From IMG/VR virus record IMGVR_UViG_3300013131_001394, positions 1 through 55,206 of that record: a stretch of DNA of 55,206 nt. One strand, 5' to 3'. Under the pieces are notes generated by a model, which did no database searches, was not told the DNA's origin, and saw nothing but the letters and a program-made list of their open reading frames with translations. Each line of letters opens with the position of its first letter. The stretch's first letter is position 1. Positions 50,720 through 55,206 of this stretch are shown piece by piece. The translations under genes and the position numbers were made by a program. This DNA is from a virus (taxonomy: Duplodnaviria; Caudoviricetes).

Positions 50720-51733
50720 ATGAACCTTTTTAAAAAGGTAGCGTGTTTTACGGATATTCACTTCGGCCTAAAGTCAAACAGTTCTACACATCTTAAAGAT
50801 TGTGAAGACTTTGTAGATTGGTTTATAGACACTGCTCAGGCTAATGGTTGTGAAACCGGAATCTTTCTAGGAGACTGGAGTCATAACCGTAATAGTCTTA
50901 ACCTAATCACACTAGATACTAGCCTAAGATGCTTAGAAAAACTGGGAGCAGCATTTGAACAGTTTATATGGTTTCCAGGAAATCACGATCTGTTCTACAA
51001 AGACAAACGTAATATCCATAGTAGTGCGTTCGGACGCCATATTCCTGGCGTTACTGTCGTAGACTCTGTCACCACTCTAGGCGATGTTACACTTGTTCCT
51101 TGGCTAGTAGGTGATGAGTGGAAGTCTATGAAATCTGTCAAGAGCAAATACATATTCGGACACTTTGAACTGCCTCAGTTTATGATGAATGCCATGGTGC
51201 AAATGCCTGATCATGGTGAATTACAATCACAAGACCTTAAAGGTCCGGATTATGTGTTCAGCGGACATTTTCATAAACGTCAAAACAAAAACAATATATG
51301 GTATATAGGCAATGCCTTTCCTCATAACTTCGCAGATAATTGGGATGATGAGCGAGGCATGATGATTTTAGAATGGGGTGGCGAGCCTGAGTTTGTAGAC
51401 TGGGCAGATTGCCCTAAGTATAGAGTAGTTAAACTTAGTGATTTGATTGATGATCCGGATCGTATTATCAAATCTAAAATGCACTTAAAGGTAATATTAG
51501 ACGTGGATATCAGTTTCGAAGAAGCAAACTTCATCAAAGAAAACTTTGTAGCACAGTATAATATCCGTGAAATCAGTTTGGTGCAGGATAAAAACAATTT
51601 AGACAACGGGTTCGATGATAATATAGATACAAAGTTTGAAAGTGTGGATCAAATTGTAATAGAACAGTTAATCAATATTGATTCAGCACAGATAAACAAA
51701 AATACATTACTAGAAATATATAAAAATCTATGA
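50720..51733 (+). CDS. Recombination nuclease gp47 (Mre11/SbcD-like)
   Basis: TDIHFG, LGD, GNHD, GHFE, SGHFH. Confidence 0.93.
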   Translation: MNLFKKVACFTDIHFGLKSNSSTHLKDCEDFVDWFIDTAQANGCETGIFLGDWSHNRNSLNLITLDTSLRCLEKLGAAFEQFIWFPGNHDLFYKDKRNIHSSAFGRHIPGVTVVDSVTTLGDVTLVPWLVGDEWKSMKSVKSKYIFGHFELPQFMMNAMVQMPDHGELQSQDLKGPDYVFSGHFHKRQNKNNIWYIGNAFPHNFADNWDDERGMMILEWGGEPEFVDWADCPKYRVVKLSDLIDDPDRIIKSKMHLKVILDVDISFEEANFIKENFVAQYNIREISLVQDKNNLDNGFDDNIDTKFESVDQIVIEQLINIDSAQINKNTLLEIYKNL

Positions 51734-52551
51734 TCATTGATAGTTTTATTTTCTTCAACGAGTACGAAATATTAGAAGGCAGGCTAGAATATCTCTATCC
51801 TCATGTAGATTATTTTGTAATTGTTGAATCAAATATGACTTTTAGCGGTAAGCCTAAACCTATGTATTACATGCAGAACATGCCTAGGTTTAAACCTTAT
51901 CTTGACAAAATATTATATTTCCCATATATTACAAGAGCAGAACGATACGACTATAGCAGGTTGCCTACACATGATAGGGACTACGAAACAGGTCCTTGGG
52001 CTGCTGAACATGCACAGCGTAGACACATGGCGGCTTGTATAGACCTGTTCAAGGATGAAGACATTATAATGTTTAGTGATGTAGATGAAATACCTCATAA
52101 GGATTGTATTCCAATCATACAACATAGTCTTAACAATGGTATTCATGCACTGACAATAGAACAGGATCACTTTTCTTATAACTTTAGACAGAAACAGGTT
52201 ATACCTATTAGAGGAACCACAGTTAGTAAAATAAGTTTTGCTAAACAGCGTGATCCTCAAGAACAGCGTAATGAAAAATACGGATATCAATTCATTGCTA
52301 GGGGAGGATGGCATCTAAGTTATTGGGGAGATACTGAAAAAATCAAGTATAAAATAGAATCATTCAGTCATATGGAACTGGATAGAGATGAATTTAAAAA
52401 TCCTGTACATATAAAGGAACGTATTAGATTGGGCAAGGATTTATTCAATAGAGAGAACCCTTATGTATCAGTAGATCCTTCAGAGATACCAGAGGATGTA
52501 ATGAGAATTTTTGGCAAATATAACGACTACTTAATCAAGGCAAATGTTTAA
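51730..52551 (+). CDS. Glycosyltransferase family 17-like (GnT-III/MGAT3-like)
   Basis: DSFIFFNE..IL..RL, VDYFVIVES..TFSG..K, E..QR, SDVDEIP, GGWHLSY, KIESFSH. Confidence 0.85.
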   Translation: MIIDSFIFFNEYEILEGRLEYLYPHVDYFVIVESNMTFSGKPKPMYYMQNMPRFKPYLDKILYFPYITRAERYDYSRLPTHDRDYETGPWAAEHAQRRHMAACIDLFKDEDIIMFSDVDEIPHKDCIPIIQHSLNNGIHALTIEQDHFSYNFRQKQVIPIRGTTVSKISFAKQRDPQEQRNEKYGYQFIARGGWHLSYWGDTEKIKYKIESFSHMELDRDEFKNPVHIKERIRLGKDLFNRENPYVSVDPSEIPEDVMRIFGKYNDYLIKANV

Positions 52552-54325
52552 AATAAAAACACTGACAGTAAAGAACTTCATGAGCGTGGGCAATCAAACC
52601 CAGGCTGTAGATTTTAGCAAACAAAATCTTACCCTTGTGCTAGGATCTAACCTAGACCTAGGCGGTGATGACACAGGATCACGTAATGGCACAGGTAAAA
52701 CTACGATTATTAATGCTCTAAGTTATGGCCTATACGGACAGGCACTGACTAACATACGAAAAGAAAATCTTATCAATAAGACAAACGGTAAGAACATGCT
52801 GGTCACTGTGGAGTTCGAGAAAGGTAAGAATAGTTATCGCATTGAAAGAGGACGAAAACCCAATGTTTTAAAAATGTTTGTTAATAATAACGAACTAAAA
52901 ACAGAAGACAGCGATGACGAAAGCCAAGGTGATAGTAGAGAAACACAAAAAAGTATAGAAGACATGCTAGAGATTAGCCATACCATGTTCAAACATCTCG
53001 TGGCCTTGAACACTTATACAGAACCTTTTCTATCAATGAAGGCTGCGGATCAGCGTGAAGTGATTGAACAACTGTTAGGTATTACTCTGCTAAGTGAAAA
53101 AGCAGAAACATTAAAAAACCTAATCAAAGATACTAAAGATCAAATACAACAAGAGAGCACAAGAATAGATGCTGTAAAGAACGCTAATGAAAATGTGCAG
53201 AAAAGCATAGACAGTCTGAAGATTAAATCAGCAGCCTGGGATACAAAACATCAACAAGAACTAGAAAACCTCGGTAAGGCCATTGTCAACCTAGAATCTG
53301 TAGACATCGAAGCAGAATTACAGGCACACTCATCACTTAAAATATGGTTGGATAATAGCGCAAAGTTATCTGGACTAAGAAAACAGCAGGCTACACTAGA
53401 GACTGCTATGGGTCAAGCAGAAAAGACTGTTAAAAAATACACAGCAGAAGTAGAAAAGTTGCTAGATCATAAGTGTCATGCCTGTGGACATGAACTTCAT
53501 GACAGTCTACACGAGGCCATGCTAGCCGAAGCACTACAGTATAAAGTAGAAGCCGAAACATATGCTCTAAAAGTAGTAGAGGATTACGGACTTGTAGTAA
53601 ATGAGATTGAAAAAATAGGCAAGCAGGGTCCAAGACCAGATACATTCTACGATACTGAAGCAGAAGCATTGGCACATAGAAGCAACCTTGCTAACTTAGA
53701 AAAGTCTTTACTAGATAAAGCAGATACACGCAACCCATATGAAGAACAGGTCGCAGAATTGACTACAACTGCTATACAAGAAATAGACTGGACTGCGGTA
53801 AACGAACTTACTAAGTTAAAAGACCATCAAGAATTCTTGTTGAAATTGTTAACAAATAAAGATAGTTTCGTACGAAAGCGTATTATTGATCAAAACCTAA
53901 GTTATCTTAACAAGCGTCTTGGCTACTATATTGATAGACTAGGTTTACCGCATAAGGTTCTTTTTCAAAACGACCTATCAGTAGAGATTACACAGTTAGG
54001 ACAGGAACTAGACTTTGATAACCTAAGTAGAGGCGAACGAAACAGGCTAATATTAAGTATGAGTTTTGCCTTCAGAGATGTATGGGAAGGCTTATATCAA
54101 AGTATAAATCTGCTGTTCATCGATGAACTTATCGATTCGGGCATGGATTCAGCAGGTGTAGAATCAGCACTAGCTATGTTAAAAAAGATTGGAAGAGAGC
54201 GCAGTAAGAACATTTACCTAATCAGTCATAAAGATGAACTGATAGGCAGAGTAAACAACGTATTGAGAGTTATAAAAGAAAATGGATTCACCAGTTATTC
54301 CAACGACGTCGACTACGTTGAGTGA
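52544..54325 (+). CDS. Recombination ATPase gp46 (Rad50/SbcC-like)
   Basis: KNFMSVG, NGTGKTT, zinc hook CHAC, signature LSRGE, LLFIDE, ISH. Confidence 0.95.
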   Translation: MFKIKTLTVKNFMSVGNQTQAVDFSKQNLTLVLGSNLDLGGDDTGSRNGTGKTTIINALSYGLYGQALTNIRKENLINKTNGKNMLVTVEFEKGKNSYRIERGRKPNVLKMFVNNNELKTEDSDDESQGDSRETQKSIEDMLEISHTMFKHLVALNTYTEPFLSMKAADQREVIEQLLGITLLSEKAETLKNLIKDTKDQIQQESTRIDAVKNANENVQKSIDSLKIKSAAWDTKHQQELENLGKAIVNLESVDIEAELQAHSSLKIWLDNSAKLSGLRKQQATLETAMGQAEKTVKKYTAEVEKLLDHKCHACGHELHDSLHEAMLAEALQYKVEAETYALKVVEDYGLVVNEIEKIGKQGPRPDTFYDTEAEALAHRSNLANLEKSLLDKADTRNPYEEQVAELTTTAIQEIDWTAVNELTKLKDHQEFLLKLLTNKDSFVRKRIIDQNLSYLNKRLGYYIDRLGLPHKVLFQNDLSVEITQLGQELDFDNLSRGERNRLILSMSFAFRDVWEGLYQSINLLFIDELIDSGMDSAGVESALAMLKKIGRERSKNIYLISHKDELIGRVNNVLRVIKENGFTSYSNDVDYVE

Positions 54326-54596
54326 AAACTTAAAAATATATAATGAATTGTATTCAGAATATATTAGTCTAGCCGTAGATTTGCATAATTATCATAGAAC
54401 TTTTCAAACTCATTACGGTTATAGAACCTGCCAGGGAGTTAAAAAAAGCGGAAGGCGTATTAATGTGGTCTTAAAAAAACTACAGAAAATTGCTAGAGTG
54501 ATATATCTACAACATAAAAAAGCCAACCCGTTAAAGAGGGGGCCTAAAGGGAAAAAGAATGGAAACAACAACAGCACAACTAAAAAAACTATTTGA
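54318..54596 (+). CDS. Basic hypothetical protein
   Basis: Fills the gap between gp46 and the Hc1-like gene; TTG start overlaps the gp46 stop; start uncertain. Confidence 0.5.
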   Translation: MSENLKIYNELYSEYISLAVDLHNYHRTFQTHYGYRTCQGVKKSGRRINVVLKKLQKIARVIYLQHKKANPLKRGPKGKKNGNNNSTTKKTI

Positions 54597-54756
54597 AGAA
54601 TTTACAAAAGAAGATGAAAAATTTACCAGCGGTAATGCTGCTGCAGGAACTCGTGCTCGCAAGGCTTTGGCAGAAATGTCTAAGGTTATTAAGAGCAGAC
54701 GCAATGAAATTACAGCAGAAAAGGCTGCTCGTAAGGAAGCCAAAACTGCAAAATGA
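54559..54756 (+). CDS. Hc1-like (histone H1-like) basic DNA-binding protein
   Basis: EKFTSGNAAAGTRARKAL.E..K....RR matches the GNKAAG.RARK motif of the Hc1 family. Confidence 0.75.
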   Translation: METTTAQLKKLFEEFTKEDEKFTSGNAAAGTRARKALAEMSKVIKSRRNEITAEKAARKEAKTAK

Positions 54757-54759
54757 TCA

Positions 54760-55194
54760 ATGACATGGTCATATGAAGGTAGAATTATAGAAGAATTACC
54801 CGAGGACTGTATTGGTTTTGTGTACCTTATCACTAATACAGTCACAGGCAAAAAATATATAGGCAAAAAACTTAGCAAGTTTTCAAAAACAACATACAAA
54901 GTAATAAAATTAAAAAACGGCAACAAGAAAAAGAAACGCATCAAATCAAAAATAGACTCAGACTGGCAGACATATTACGGCTCAAACGATCAACTTAATC
55001 AAGATGTAGCAGCATTAGGCCTAGATAAATTTATAAGAGAAATACTATACTTTTGTAAAAGTAAAGCAGAATGCAGTTATGTCGAGGCACGCGAACAATT
55101 CACAAGAAAAGTATTAGAATCAGACGAATATTATAACGGACAGATATCTGTTCGTGTACATGGCTCACATATCAAAGGCAAATTACTCGGTTAA
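54760..55194 (+). CDS. GIY-YIG endonuclease (T4 EndoII/Seg-like)
   Basis: GFVYLITN..TGKKYIGKK, YYGS, F.REIL, YYNG. Confidence 0.85.
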   Translation: MTWSYEGRIIEELPEDCIGFVYLITNTVTGKKYIGKKLSKFSKTTYKVIKLKNGNKKKKRIKSKIDSDWQTYYGSNDQLNQDVAALGLDKFIREILYFCKSKAECSYVEAREQFTRKVLESDEYYNGQISVRVHGSHIKGKLLG

Positions 55195-55206
55195 CGGCTA
55201 GCGCAG

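Noticed and set aside
54531-54944. 137-aa hydrophobic minus-strand ORF as a membrane protein or holin
   Set aside because: It is the antisense shadow of the Lys-rich Hc1-like and GIY-YIG genes; AAA codons read as Phe on the other strand.
1-55206. Stop-codon reassignment, introns, inteins, tRNAs or diversity-generating retroelement repeats
   Set aside because: Genes are full length in the standard code with TAA, TGA and TAG all used as stops. Gaps are too short for RNA genes, and I saw no intein motifs, reverse transcriptase or template/variable repeat pair. This was by eye, not by scan.
55195-55206. GC-richer sequence after the GIY-YIG stop as the start of a structured RNA
   Set aside because: Only 12 nt are inside the window, which is not enough to support a call.

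Overview
This is a 55 kb, AT-rich (roughly 35% GC by eye) fragment of a large T4-like myophage using the standard genetic code; the host is probably Gram-negative. 1-22678 (+) carries replication and metabolism genes: PolB C-terminus, a probable sliding clamp, RNase H, a MoxR/VWA pair and thyA. It also holds a 7-deazaguanine DNA-modification region: DpdA-like transglycosylase, Gfo/Idh/MocA and MDR dehydrogenases, a DpdL-like T-fold protein, a GT-B glycosyltransferase and QueE. 22679-49641 (-) is a late tail/baseplate block (fibre and collar proteins, a collagen-like protein, a 4572-aa wedge protein, gp6/gp25/gp5/gp27/gp53/gp48-54-like genes). 49752-55194 (+) encodes gp55 late sigma, gp47, a GT17 glycosyltransferase, gp46, an Hc1-like protein and a GIY-YIG nuclease. 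Best leads: (1) a candidate pathway for a glycosylated or otherwise new 7-deazaguanine DNA base; (2) a DfrB/R67-type DHFR homologue translationally coupled to thyA; (3) late TAAATA promoters embedded in RBS-sequestering hairpins, plus probable leaderless late mRNAs; (4) a homing endonuclease with WGT-coding repeats at the queE 3' end; (5) Thr/Ser-rich virion proteins with a phage GT17; (6) an autotransporter-like subtilase. All family calls come from motif recognition by eye; no database search was run.
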